From Pyrinomonadaceae bacterium (lineage in GTDB: Bacteria > Acidobacteriota > Blastocatellia > Pyrinomonadales > Pyrinomonadaceae): a stretch of DNA of 39,322 bases. Shown here piece after piece: positions 27,747 through 37,004 of this stretch. Below the pieces are notes generated by a model. The model did not search any database, had not been told where the DNA came from, and was given only the letters and a program-made list of their open reading frames with translations. The stretch spans positions 1 through 39,322 of the forward strand of contig JBAVPI010000698.1 of NCBI GenBank assembly GCA_049692915.1, in the 5' to 3' direction. The position numbers were made by a program, and so were the translations under genes. Position 1 is the stretch's first letter. Each line of letters begins with the position of its first letter.

Positions 27747-28778
27747 CTAGCCAGCCACGGCGTAGGGCTGAAGATACTTGCCGAGTCGCGCAGTCAGTTC
27801 ATACTGGCGTACCGGGACAAGCTGCTTGAAGGTTGTCGTAAACGCATTGGACAGCGACCAGATAGTTCGCCTCTTGAACTCCTCATGCTGCGGCTCAAAG
27901 TATCCCGTGTGTACCAGCTTCATCAGGTTCCTTGGAAACTTCTGTTCCAGAAACGCTTTGTAGATGATGAGGCGGGCTTGGTCATCTGAGAGGTCGCGTT
28001 CCTGCATAAACTGGATGCTTGCTTTCAGCGGCTCAAAGTTTCGCTGAATCCGGTCTACACCGATGGAGAGCGAATCCACCAGATCGAAGTGCTTGGAATG
28101 CTTGGCGAGCAGCGGCTTGAAGTCGCCAGAGAGTGCCATATTGTCGCAGACAAACACGCGGTAGCCTGCCACCATCCCGAGCCGCATTGACCGGTCATTG
28201 GCATTTCTGAGGCCAATAGCGAACCGAACGCCGAAACAATCAGCGTTTAATTCAAGGAGCGCAAAGAGCCGCATTCCGTCGGGCGAGACGGCATAGTCAT
28301 CGCGCACAATCGAGATATGGCGGAAGGCTAGTGCTTCTTCAAGCTGATCAATGAGACGGGCGTGTGGGATCGGCTGGAAGGTAGCTGTCGCCTCCGCCAC
28401 GGGCAGATTTGCCAGCTCGGGCCTTGTGATTTTGCTTGCGCCAGCATGTACCATCAGGCGGGCATCGGGAAGTGATGATGCAGCCTCCGGTTCGGCGGCA
28501 GTCTGATCTATGCATGCCGGCAGATCATCGTCACGCTCGGTGTGAATTGCTTCTTCCAACTGACTATCAAGGTCATCTTCCATTGGAGAGGGAAGCAAAT
28601 CATTAGCAGAGTCGCTCGCCCCTTCGATCTGCGATACCTGATCTAATAGCTGCTCTGGCGGCACGGGAGGCATCTCTTCCTGTGCCTCATTCGGCGGTGG
28701 TACGATAGTAAGCTTTCGTGGCTTACTGCGAGATGTCGTGGATTGTTTCGGTGCTATCTGTTTCAGTTTCCGGCTCAT
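27747..28778 (-). CDS. DUF932-family protein (typical of conjugative/mobilisable elements and phages)
   Basis: FAIGLRNANDRSMRLGMVAGYRVFVCDNMALSGDF matches the NSxDGS...G..R.VC.N core of DUF932. The N-terminal 110 aa are acidic and disordered. The ATG at 28778 has AGGAGGA upstream (the track ORF extends to 28814). Confidence 0.85.
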   Translation of the reverse strand: MSRKLKQIAPKQSTTSRSKPRKLTIVPPPNEAQEEMPPVPPEQLLDQVSQIEGASDSANDLLPSPMEDDLDSQLEEAIHTERDDDLPACIDQTAAEPEAASSLPDARLMVHAGASKITRPELANLPVAEATATFQPIPHARLIDQLEEALAFRHISIVRDDYAVSPDGMRLFALLELNADCFGVRFAIGLRNANDRSMRLGMVAGYRVFVCDNMALSGDFKPLLAKHSKHFDLVDSLSIGVDRIQRNFEPLKASIQFMQERDLSDDQARLIIYKAFLEQKFPRNLMKLVHTGYFEPQHEEFKRRTIWSLSNAFTTTFKQLVPVRQYELTARLGKYLQPYAVAG

Positions 28779-28950
28779 CGGTTTCCTCCTCTGTAAGTTC
28801 TGAAAGCATTTCATCGAGGCACTGCTCGTGAAAGGCTTTTCGTCGTTCGAGTCTGCTGTGAAGCGGCTTCCCGCACCACTTGCACTCTTTGTGGTTAGTG
28901 CTCATCAATGCGCGCTTGACTATCAGCCACCGCGCCCAGCGGGGAGTCAT
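28723..28950 (-). CDS. 75-aa zinc-knuckle protein with acidic tail (hypothetical)
   Basis: AAGGAGG lies 7 nt upstream of the ATG at 28950. MTPRWARWLIVKRALMSTNHKECKWCGKPLHSRLERRKAFHEQCLDEML + EEETDEPETETDSTE. It overlaps the 3' end of the upstream gene by 56 nt. Confidence 0.5.
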   Translation of the reverse strand: MTPRWARWLIVKRALMSTNHKECKWCGKPLHSRLERRKAFHEQCLDEMLSELTEEETDEPETETDSTETIHDISQ

Positions 28951-29212
28951 GACGTTCCCTCCTTTGCGGCATCTCTTTCCGCTCGCGCGTGATTGCATCA
29001 AAGCACGGATCGCAGTACCCGCTTTGCGGGTTACTACAGCAGGCGTGGCAGAGCATGCGGGCGCAGGCATCGCAGCAAATCCAATTACGCGGCGAAGTCT
29101 CTTTTATGACGACCACACCCACGCCGTAGAATTCACTTTCAAAGACGCCTAAGTGTCCGTGCAGCGGCCTCCCGCAGGCCTCGCAGGTGCCTTCGCTTTC
29201 TTTCTCACACAT
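28895..29212 (-). CDS. 105-aa Cys-rich protein with four CxxC pairs (hypothetical double zinc ribbon)
   Basis: GGAGGA lies 7 nt upstream of the ATG at 29212. CEAC...CDAC...CHAC...CDPC are spread over 70 residues. Confidence 0.6.
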   Translation of the reverse strand: MCEKESEGTCEACGRPLHGHLGVFESEFYGVGVVVIKETSPRNWICCDACARMLCHACCSNPQSGYCDPCFDAITRERKEMPQRRERHDSPLGAVADSQARIDEH

Positions 29213-29359
29213 TTCATGTTCCTCCGTTTTGAGTTTGAGTCTCTGGAACCTTTATCCGAACTCTTCGGGTAAAGGCCGCAGAGCATCAACGGGCAGGGAT
29301 GGGTTTGCTGCGGGACGCGGCAGGATGAAACGCCTTTAGATAATTTGTGAGGCGTGTTG

Positions 29360-30604
29360 TTAGAAAGGGGCATCAGGCGGAAGGGTGCGTGCGCTGAAGG
29401 GTCGAGAGACTGCGCCGTCAATCATGAGTTTGACGTAGATGTGATGGCTCGGCAGATTGACGAGATCAGTTGCCCGAAAGTCCGGGAAGAATTCCCCTTC
29501 CAGTAGTTCAGCATCAGTCAGCCCGACCCGAAACGCGATGATCGTGCCGACGTTGCCAAGAACAGCGTCCCGTACCTGTTCGTCGATCTGCGACAGGTAC
29601 TGGTGGGCGATGATCAAGTTGAGACGGTACTTCCGCAGTTCCGAAAGCATCCCGGCCAGACTCAGCGTGGTAAAGGTGTGGAACTCATCGAGGTACAGAT
29701 AGAAGTCGCGGCGCATCTCTTCGGGAGTATCTGCCCGCCGAAGCGCAGCCAGTCCCATGCTTGAAACGAGGAGCGAACCGAGAAGCTGCGTGGTGTCCTC
29801 GCCAAGCTTTCCCTTTGCGAGATTAACGAGCAACAGCTTTCCCTCATCCATGATCCCGCGCAGGTTGAATGAACTCTTTGGCCGGGTCAGGATGCGGCGA
29901 AGCACCGGGTCTGCAAGGAAGGCTCCGACTTTGTTTTGTACCGGAGCAATCACCTCGGAGCGAAAGCGCGGCGTGTACGCTTCATACTCGGTTGTCCAGA
30001 ACCTACGGACTTGGTCGTTCCGGCAACTGGCAAGGGCGGCTTTGCGATATGCGGCGTCATCAAACAGGCGTAGCACATCGGCAAGCGTAGCCTCCGGCTG
30101 ATCAAGCAGGAGCAGTAAGGCGTTCCGTAGGATGTACTCCAGCCGCGGCCCCCACGAATCGCTCCATAGCTTGCGGAAAACACCGACGAGACCTGATGCA
30201 GCGAGAGCGCGCTTTGACTGCGGCACGTCTGAGAGAGGGTTAAAGCCCATGGACTGGGTGCGGTCGGTGGGATCAAAGTAGATCACATCTGCCTGCCGCG
30301 CCATGGGCACCGAGAGCGCAACGCGCTCCACAAGATCGCCGTGCGGATCAAGCAGGGCTGCTCCCCGACCCGATGCAATGTCTTGCCGGATGAGCCGCTC
30401 AAGCAGCGTGGACTTGCCGGTGCCGGTCTTGCCGATCAGATAGAGGTGCGACCTGCGGTCGGCGTGCTTGATGCCAAAGGGAGTCAGGTGATTGCGAAAC
30501 GTAGCTTCGGCGAAAAAGGAAATAGGCTGCGGAGATTTGTCTTGCTGCGGTGGCATGGTGAGTTGGTGCTTAGCGAATATCTTTGATGGTAGCAGGCACG
30601 GCAC
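29360..30604 (-). CDS. Stand-alone TraD/VirD4-type P-loop ATPase, paralogue of the central domain of the 1065-aa protein
   Basis: Walker A HLYLIGKTGTGKSTL, LLDPHGDL, Walker B FYLYLDEFHTF, LRKYRLNLIIAHQYLSQID, GNVGTIIAF. It is colinear with residues about 470-850 of the fusion protein and has no TM helix. The start is GTG at 30604 or ATG at 30556. Confidence 0.88.
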   Translation of the reverse strand: MPCLLPSKIFAKHQLTMPPQQDKSPQPISFFAEATFRNHLTPFGIKHADRRSHLYLIGKTGTGKSTLLERLIRQDIASGRGAALLDPHGDLVERVALSVPMARQADVIYFDPTDRTQSMGFNPLSDVPQSKRALAASGLVGVFRKLWSDSWGPRLEYILRNALLLLLDQPEATLADVLRLFDDAAYRKAALASCRNDQVRRFWTTEYEAYTPRFRSEVIAPVQNKVGAFLADPVLRRILTRPKSSFNLRGIMDEGKLLLVNLAKGKLGEDTTQLLGSLLVSSMGLAALRRADTPEEMRRDFYLYLDEFHTFTTLSLAGMLSELRKYRLNLIIAHQYLSQIDEQVRDAVLGNVGTIIAFRVGLTDAELLEGEFFPDFRATDLVNLPSHHIYVKLMIDGAVSRPFSARTLPPDAPF

Positions 30605-30736
30605 AAGAGAACAGAAGGGTAAATTCGCCGCGCGTCATCTCTTCGGCGAAGTATCTGTAAGCAGGAATACAGGCCCGAACGTGAGAAGAAGCGGCAGTCA
30701 ATGAGGCATAAGCTGCTACATACTCTGTTGATTGCA

Positions 30737-31684
30737 TTATGCCGCTTGAGCCAGCCGCATTTCTGCGAGGCGGACATAGCGCGGATTCAGCTCGATGCCG
30801 ATGTAGTGTCGCTTGAGCCTACGCGCTGCAAGTGCGGTCGTGCCTGACCCCATAAACGGATCAAGCACCACGCCGCCTTCCGGGCAGCCCGCTTCGATGG
30901 GAGTCTCTATGAGCGTCTGGGGGAAGACGGCGTAGTGCTTGCCCGGATAGGGCTTGGTTGGGATGCGCCACACGCACCGCTTATTTCTGCCGCGGGAAAG
31001 TATTCGCTGCCTGCTTGCTTCCGCACTCTGTGGGTTGATGGCAGAGATGTAAGGGTCGCCGTAGATTCGTTTCCGCTTGCTCTGAGGGTTGATAAGAGGC
31101 CGGAGCAGACGCGGTTTGTCGACAAGCAGCTCAAATTGCTGCTTGAAGTAGTAACGACGCTCCTTGACGAAGAACAGCACCTTCTCAAAGTCAACGGTGA
31201 ATCGGTCATGTGCGCTCGACGGCATACAGTTGGGCTTGTACCAGATGATTTCATTGCGGAGCATCCATCCCCTCTGGCACATCTCGATTGAAAAGCGCGC
31301 AGGAATGAGAGCCAGCGACTTTTTCTTAAGGCCAATGCCCGAAGCCATCTGCCGAAACGGTGATCGGGATGCGTCCGTAAACTGCTCAGATGAACGGCTC
31401 CGCACCGGCGAGTCGCCGGCATACGTGTCTCCAAGGTTCACCCAGCAGGTGCCCGAAGGTTTCAGCACCCGCCCTACCTCATCGAACACCGCGCACAGTT
31501 TTTCAAGGTACAAATCAAGCGACGGTTCAAGTCCGATCTGGCCGCGCACCCGGTAATCGCGAAGACGCCAGTACGGAGGGCTCGTAATCACGCAGTCAAT
31601 GCTGTCTGGCGGAAAGTGCCGGAGGGTAGCGCGTGCGTCGCCGCACAGTATGCGGTCAAGATAGGGCTTAAGGGATGAGGCCAT
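30737..31684 (-). CDS. Beta-class DNA methyltransferase, SPPY motif IV (N4-cytosine or N6-adenine)
   Basis: IDCVITSPPYWRLRDY (motif IV) precedes VLDPFMGSGTTALAARRLKRHYIGIELNPRY (motif I). This is the beta-class order. Confidence 0.9.
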   Translation of the reverse strand: MASSLKPYLDRILCGDARATLRHFPPDSIDCVITSPPYWRLRDYRVRGQIGLEPSLDLYLEKLCAVFDEVGRVLKPSGTCWVNLGDTYAGDSPVRSRSSEQFTDASRSPFRQMASGIGLKKKSLALIPARFSIEMCQRGWMLRNEIIWYKPNCMPSSAHDRFTVDFEKVLFFVKERRYYFKQQFELLVDKPRLLRPLINPQSKRKRIYGDPYISAINPQSAEASRQRILSRGRNKRCVWRIPTKPYPGKHYAVFPQTLIETPIEAGCPEGGVVLDPFMGSGTTALAARRLKRHYIGIELNPRYVRLAEMRLAQAA

Positions 31685-31721
31685 GTAAGGGTAATGGATA
31701 CAAAGTGAAGGCTGTAGATCG

Positions 31722-32396
31722 TTAGGCGATTTGGCGCAGTGTCACGGTCTGAGCGTTGAGCCGCGCTTCTGCAATCTTGCAGTAGGTGGGGTCGAGTTCA
31801 ATGCCGATATATCCCCTACCCAATTCCCGTGCTGCGACGGCAGATGAGCCTGAGCCGAGGAATGGATCAAGGACAATATCGCCTACCTCGCTGCTGTGTT
31901 CGATCAATGGCTTAAGAAGTTCAACAGGCTTTTCGTGCGGATGCTGCACGTACCGCGTCCGCACACAGCGGATGAGATTGGGAAACCCAGGTCTGCGGTA
32001 GATAGGACGGCCTTTCTCAAGGACTACGATGCACTCGTAGCGTCTGCGGAAACCATGTCCCCTCCCCTGCAGCACCTTATCCCAGATAATGATGTCCCTG
32101 AGCTTGTATTTCGTATAGGTTTGGAAAAAGGTGCTGACAAAACCGAGATGCCGCGTGCCGCAGAACACATACGCCGCGCTATTGGCTTTCAGCACGCGGT
32201 ATGCTTCCGATAGTGCAGAGAGACCGACGAGCGGATGTTCATTGCCGAGGATGGTGCGGTTATGTACCCCGTAGCCGATGTTATCCCCATACGGCGGGTC
32301 AGTGACGATCAGGTCAACGCTTTTATCCGGCAGGCTTTTGAGGACAATGAGGGCGTCGCCGCAGATGAGGCGGCCTGAGAAGGGAAGGGATATCAT
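31722..32396 (-). CDS. Beta-class DNA methyltransferase, DPPY motif IV (probably N6-adenine)
   Basis: VDLIVTDPPYGDNIGYG (motif IV) precedes VLDPFLGSGSSAVAARELGRGYIGIELDPTY (motif I). Compact at 224 aa. Confidence 0.9.
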   Translation of the reverse strand: MISLPFSGRLICGDALIVLKSLPDKSVDLIVTDPPYGDNIGYGVHNRTILGNEHPLVGLSALSEAYRVLKANSAAYVFCGTRHLGFVSTFFQTYTKYKLRDIIIWDKVLQGRGHGFRRRYECIVVLEKGRPIYRRPGFPNLIRCVRTRYVQHPHEKPVELLKPLIEHSSEVGDIVLDPFLGSGSSAVAARELGRGYIGIELDPTYCKIAEARLNAQTVTLRQIA

Positions 32397-32708
32397 GGTG
32401 CGCTGGGAAAATAACGAGATGCAAGTGGCCAGTGCCTTAGCTGATGCCAGCGCACTGAGTGCATCGTAGCGGGATATGGATAGGGTGATAAGGAGGTGAA
32501 AATAGACGTATGGGCGGGCTGAATAGTATTCATCTGATCACACCTCCGGCCGAAAAACCCGAGCACGGTGAGTCACATCTTTTAATAACTTTGGGAGACA
32601 TAAAATATCCGGGTGTAAGTATGAGGTCATTAGAGAAGAGTGATGCTCGGGAAGGGAGCAGATCATTGCCTCTGTTGGGCATACTAAACGCAGTTTTAAC
32701 TTCAATTG

Positions 32709-33275
32709 TTAAGCTCGGATAAATACACGGATCGACAAAATAATCATTACTAGCCAGAACAGAAGCAATATGCAATAAAAGCCTCGTGCCATATATTGAG
32801 AGGTATATATGGCGTTCTGTGATCTTGACCTAATCTGCTGGTAATTTAATTTTTTTTCGAGTTCCTCCCCTCTCTTTCTATTTTTATTCAATACCTCTTC
32901 GATTAAATATTCATAATGGAAAAACAAAACTGTAATCAATACACCACTGATTTTCGCCCCCAGTTTTAGGAATTCTGAATTATCTGATTGTGCTCCAAAT
33001 AAGCTGAAAGCGACGGATATAAGTCCACCAAACGCAACAAAGTAAACGGGAAAGATAGCAAAACGTAAAGCGCTGTAATGGCGAATATTGTTATTTACCT
33101 CAGTGTATTCTTGCCTCAACCCGTCAAGATTAGAAACATTTTGTGTGTTTTTCGCACTTAGCAGATAAGGAATGTTTGAAGTTGCTCGTTGAACTAAAAT
33201 CAATACTGCTATCAGAGCGGTCAGGGATTTGATGACGCCAAGTCTATTCTCTCTTTTATCGGTTGTTTCTTTCAT
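32709..33275 (-). CDS. 188-aa four-TM membrane protein (hypothetical), in the most AT-rich stretch of the window
   Basis: Hydrophobic segments LTALIAVLILV, FAIFPVYFVAFGGLISVAFSLF, ISGVLITVLFFHY and FYCILLLFWLVMIILSI. A charged helix EEVLNKNRKRGEELEKKL lies between TM3 and TM4. The SD is weak. Confidence 0.6.
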   Translation of the reverse strand: MKETTDKRENRLGVIKSLTALIAVLILVQRATSNIPYLLSAKNTQNVSNLDGLRQEYTEVNNNIRHYSALRFAIFPVYFVAFGGLISVAFSLFGAQSDNSEFLKLGAKISGVLITVLFFHYEYLIEEVLNKNRKRGEELEKKLNYQQIRSRSQNAIYTSQYMARGFYCILLLFWLVMIILSIRVFIRA

Positions 33276-33935
33276 CTCACAACGAGAGGCAAATAATTAA
33301 ATCACGACGTCATTATCTTACGACCACAGCCGATTTTTATTGAAGCCGAGGAGGTATTTTCCTAGAAAGACCGGCGCAAGTTAAAGCTCAGACGAATGTG
33401 TGCAAGTCTCCGGGGCAAGCGGCTGCTTGCCAGTGGTAACCTTGCCCTGACTATCCCTGCTCTGTATCTCTTGGTCGCCTGTCTCGCCAGCTAAGTCTGC
33501 CTCGCACGATATAGCTGAGGCTAAGGTAAAGTGAGCAGATTCTTCTTCAGTAGGAAAATAAAACATGAGCGTGAGTTTCCTTTTGTGAGAGAGCATTGAG
33601 GTCATGCCGGAGTGTAGCGTGTTAGGCTGATACCCCGAGCGTTGATTGTGCCCTGCGTGATGTCGTGCACGATACATCCAAAGAGACATACAGGCAAGCT
33701 TTGAACGTCTGGCTAGACATGCTTAAGCGCAGCATCAACAATTGCAATAAAGAGGGAGGGAAGTACACTCGGTGAGATTCAGCTATCTTGGGCGCAGTGA
33801 GTGCAATGAAAAACTATCGGTGAAGCGCCTGCTTGAGTGATTGTTAGAAAACATGTTCAAAACGTGAGACTCGTCGCCAGTGAATTATTCTGGAGGTTTT
33901 TAACCTGCGATGATCCATCGCCAAACAATTGAGCA

Positions 33936-34913
33936 TCAGTCAACCGGCGTGTTTGTGTTGATATATACGCCGTAGATGGTTTCGCTTAAGTAGACTCTCG
34001 TCAGCATCCACCTCCCATCAGTAAAACGACTGAAAACAGCCGCCGCCTGGCCCGAATAGGTCAGTGGAGTGCGATTGTCCATGCCTCCGATGTAGTGATA
34101 ATTGGTAAGGTGAAAATTCGCTTGCGCTGCATTCTGCGCAGGAATTTCCTGCACCCCTATCAGCCCTGATACCGCCCCACTCCCCGCCCACTTCTCTAAT
34201 ACTCGCTGAGCACAGGGAGTGGTTAGTGTACCGGAGCATTTCACATATGAATTTGCAGGCGACGGTGGAGTCGCAAGGGTTGCCGCAGGTACTGCCGTCG
34301 TATTTGCATTTGCAGTAACGGCTCCCTCTGACCCAGATTGTTTGGCCTGACTCTCTGCTTCAACGATCAGATTTATGTTGGCCTTGTCAGTTGCAGTTAC
34401 CATGCTGTCTTTGAACTCGTCGCTTGGCGTATACCACGCACAGGTGTTGAAGTAATCGCCGAGGCCGGGGCTATCATACTTTCGTCCATAGCGGGCAAAG
34501 TGGACATTTCGCAGCACTCGCAGTTCAGTTGCCGAAAGCCCTGTAGTGTCACTTTCCTGCAAGGCTTCTCCTCGCAGAATCTTCTCTTCGACGCGCTTTG
34601 CTTTCTCGCCTAGACTTAGAGTTGGAGTTGGGGCTGGGGTAGAAACTGGGGCCGCTAGCTGCACCTGATTTTGGTAATACCGGTATGCCACTACTGCGCC
34701 AAGTGCGAGTAGCACAAGGATCGCGATTCCTATAATCGGCCCTAGATGCTTGGCCGCGGGGTGCTGACTGCGCGCCGGTGCGGAAGGGGCGTTTGCAGTC
34801 AGCGCGGAGCCAGTAAGATCGAAGGCACAGTGCTTACAGAATCGTGCATCGGTACCTGCGATGCCGCTGCACTGCGGACACAGCTTCGGCGATATCTCAC
34901 CAGATTCGCTCAT
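33936..34913 (-). CDS. Zinc-ribbon / TM / YARHG-domain protein
   Basis: N-terminal CPQCSGIAGTDARFCKHCAF, TM IIGIAILVLLALGAVVAY, then LRVLRNVHFARYGRKYDSPGLGDYFNTCAWYTP, which is the YARHG motif. Confidence 0.8.
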   Translation of the reverse strand: MSESGEISPKLCPQCSGIAGTDARFCKHCAFDLTGSALTANAPSAPARSQHPAAKHLGPIIGIAILVLLALGAVVAYRYYQNQVQLAAPVSTPAPTPTLSLGEKAKRVEEKILRGEALQESDTTGLSATELRVLRNVHFARYGRKYDSPGLGDYFNTCAWYTPSDEFKDSMVTATDKANINLIVEAESQAKQSGSEGAVTANANTTAVPAATLATPPSPANSYVKCSGTLTTPCAQRVLEKWAGSGAVSGLIGVQEIPAQNAAQANFHLTNYHYIGGMDNRTPLTYSGQAAAVFSRFTDGRWMLTRVYLSETIYGVYINTNTPVD

Positions 34914-34977
34914 CTCACTTTCCTTTCGATACTACCGATTGATACGGTAAGTGAAATACGGTTTTCGGCTATCTCTG

Positions 34978-36555
34978 CTAGGCCGTTGCCAGTGCCGCCA
35001 TGAGTTCATCTGCAAGCTTGCCAGACATCTGAGGGTTGATCTTTGGATCGCCCCACGGCTCTGTTTTCAGCGCCTTGTACCGCTTCTGCTCGGTGACGGA
35101 TACCCTGATGGAAGTCGTATTTGGGCCGTCTTTAATGAGCGCGATTTGTATTCGAGTTCCTGTTTGACGGTATCCTCCGGTAATGGTCATGCCGGTGAGA
35201 ATTTGACCCGTTTCCTTACTGGCGCTTTCAATCATCAGTCCCCGTCGTTTGAGAAAGGTAAGCACCCGCTCATACATTTGGTCTGGGGGCTGATTGATCT
35301 TGATAATGACGCTGCCTGATGAGTCTTGCACTTTTGATTGCTCTACTTCACGCTCCTGCCGGTCACGAGCAGTCGCTGCTGCCGGTGCGTGTTCAGAGGC
35401 GGACGCTGGTGCTTTAGATACTTCTGGCACAGGCGTCTGCGATTCTGTATGTGCCGGTGCGGTGATAGAGAAGTCCCACACGGGACTAAGCAGCACGCCT
35501 TCCCCCTGCCGGGAGGTCATATCCTTTAGTGATACTTTTTGTATTTTTGAGGTGGGACGAAGCACCAGCCCATACTCTCCAAGGGGCAGCGGCTGCTGCG
35601 GTTCAACTTCGATCCGCCCTCGGCCTAGTTTGTTTGTGCGAATAGGAACTATCTCTTCGATAAAGTTGAGTTCCGTCCGCGCATCGGACTGGAAATTCTT
35701 GAGCTTGGTTTTTTGCGCGCTCACGAGCCGCCAGTTGTTTTTAGTGGGATTGACTTTGACAAGCACTGGATCAAACTCATCAGGGTTAGCGCCGGTAACG
35801 TCTCCGAAGGCAACCTCAAATTTGGGCGTAGTGGTCGAGATAATATTCGGTGACCTGTTTCCATCAAGGGCATAGATAAATGTGTACGAAGGGTCTCTGC
35901 CAAACACTTTTGGCAGACTCATGATTGCCATTCCCGCCATGCCGACAATGGGAATTGCCGCCATTCCAGCAGATGAAAGGATTGCTCCTGACGCAGCTTT
36001 AATAATCACGTCGCTCGCAACGTTTTGAACGGTGGCATCAGCGAGAATAGTAGGTATATTGTCACCCTTGGCTTTGGTTTGAATGACCGTTGGAAACGCT
36101 GCTGCTACAGCGGTCTTAGATTTATCAATGAAGAGGACATACGGCTGAGTCGTCTGCTCTGTGCCACTGGTGGTAGAAAGCAGCGATGATTCACTGGTAG
36201 GTGGGCGCTGTGTAGTAGCAGCCGGAGTGGTTTGGTGCCGCGCTGATGCTGTCTGCATTGCCTCAATAATCTTTTGGCTGAGTCCAGCCTCTTTCAGCTT
36301 AAAGAGCGCATCTAGCGACACGTCGAATTGGGTTTCATTGCTCTGAATCGCATTTATAATTACGCTCTCGGCGAAGCCGCTTTTGACCATGCGGGTAATG
36401 TCAGCATTGGTTAGAGGTTTCTTGTCTTGCGCAGCATATCCATTCAAAGCCGCCTTTGCTTGTTGACACAGTGGTGTTAAGGCAGGGGTAAACATACAGA
36501 CAGCAGAGAGGAGTGACACAGTTAGGAAGCGAGTGACTGGGCTACTGATACTCAT
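34978..36555 (-). CDS. Secreted/periplasmic hypothetical protein (525 aa)
   Basis: Signal peptide MSISSPVTRFLTVSLLSAVCMFTPALTPLCQQAKA. AAGGAG lies 6 nt upstream of the ATG. It is followed after 64 nt by the YARHG gene on the same strand. I see no catalytic motif. Confidence 0.75.
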   Translation of the reverse strand: MSISSPVTRFLTVSLLSAVCMFTPALTPLCQQAKAALNGYAAQDKKPLTNADITRMVKSGFAESVIINAIQSNETQFDVSLDALFKLKEAGLSQKIIEAMQTASARHQTTPAATTQRPPTSESSLLSTTSGTEQTTQPYVLFIDKSKTAVAAAFPTVIQTKAKGDNIPTILADATVQNVASDVIIKAASGAILSSAGMAAIPIVGMAGMAIMSLPKVFGRDPSYTFIYALDGNRSPNIISTTTPKFEVAFGDVTGANPDEFDPVLVKVNPTKNNWRLVSAQKTKLKNFQSDARTELNFIEEIVPIRTNKLGRGRIEVEPQQPLPLGEYGLVLRPTSKIQKVSLKDMTSRQGEGVLLSPVWDFSITAPAHTESQTPVPEVSKAPASASEHAPAAATARDRQEREVEQSKVQDSSGSVIIKINQPPDQMYERVLTFLKRRGLMIESASKETGQILTGMTITGGYRQTGTRIQIALIKDGPNTTSIRVSVTEQKRYKALKTEPWGDPKINPQMSGKLADELMAALATA

Positions 36556-36698
36556 GGAAGTCTCCTTAACTTTGCGTAGCGGGTGATGGTGAATACCCGG
36601 ACGAAGCTGGGCGTCTGGGTGAAGAACTCAACAGCAAACATTCTATGTGTATTTGTAGATAGAGGCAAGGCCAAAGTCTCATCAGGAGGTAACGCCTG

Positions 36699-37004
36699 AT
36701 GGGACGCTTACCTCGTCAAAAACCGACGCACCTCGGCACAAAGCTTCTGACAATCCGTCAAAAACTTGGCTTCAGCCAGACGCAGATGTGCAAGGCTTTG
36801 GAGCTTGGAATTAACTACTCGGCTATTTCCAACTATGAGTTGGGAACGAGAGAACCTTCAATGCCAATGCTGCTACGGTATGCGCGGCTGGCAAGAATCC
36901 CACTGGAAATCTTGATTGATGATGAGATGAATCTCCCAGAGGAATTGCCTCTGGGCGGCGAGTATGAATGGGTGCTGCATCGGAAGCGAACGAAAAAATC
37001 TTAG
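36699..37004 (+). CDS. XRE-family helix-turn-helix transcriptional regulator
   Basis: LGTKLLTIRQKLGFSQTQMCKALELGINYSAISNYELGTREPSMPMLLRYARL. AGGAGG lies 9 nt upstream of the ATG. Confidence 0.85.
   Translation: MGRLPRQKPTHLGTKLLTIRQKLGFSQTQMCKALELGINYSAISNYELGTREPSMPMLLRYARLARIPLEILIDDEMNLPEELPLGGEYEWVLHRKRTKKS

Noticed and set aside
33381-33689. 102-aa minus-strand ORF between the 4-TM gene and the YARHG gene
   Set aside because: It has no SD and no recognisable motif, and its composition is unremarkable. I treat it as unsupported. It could be a real small gene, but I cannot back it from sequence alone.
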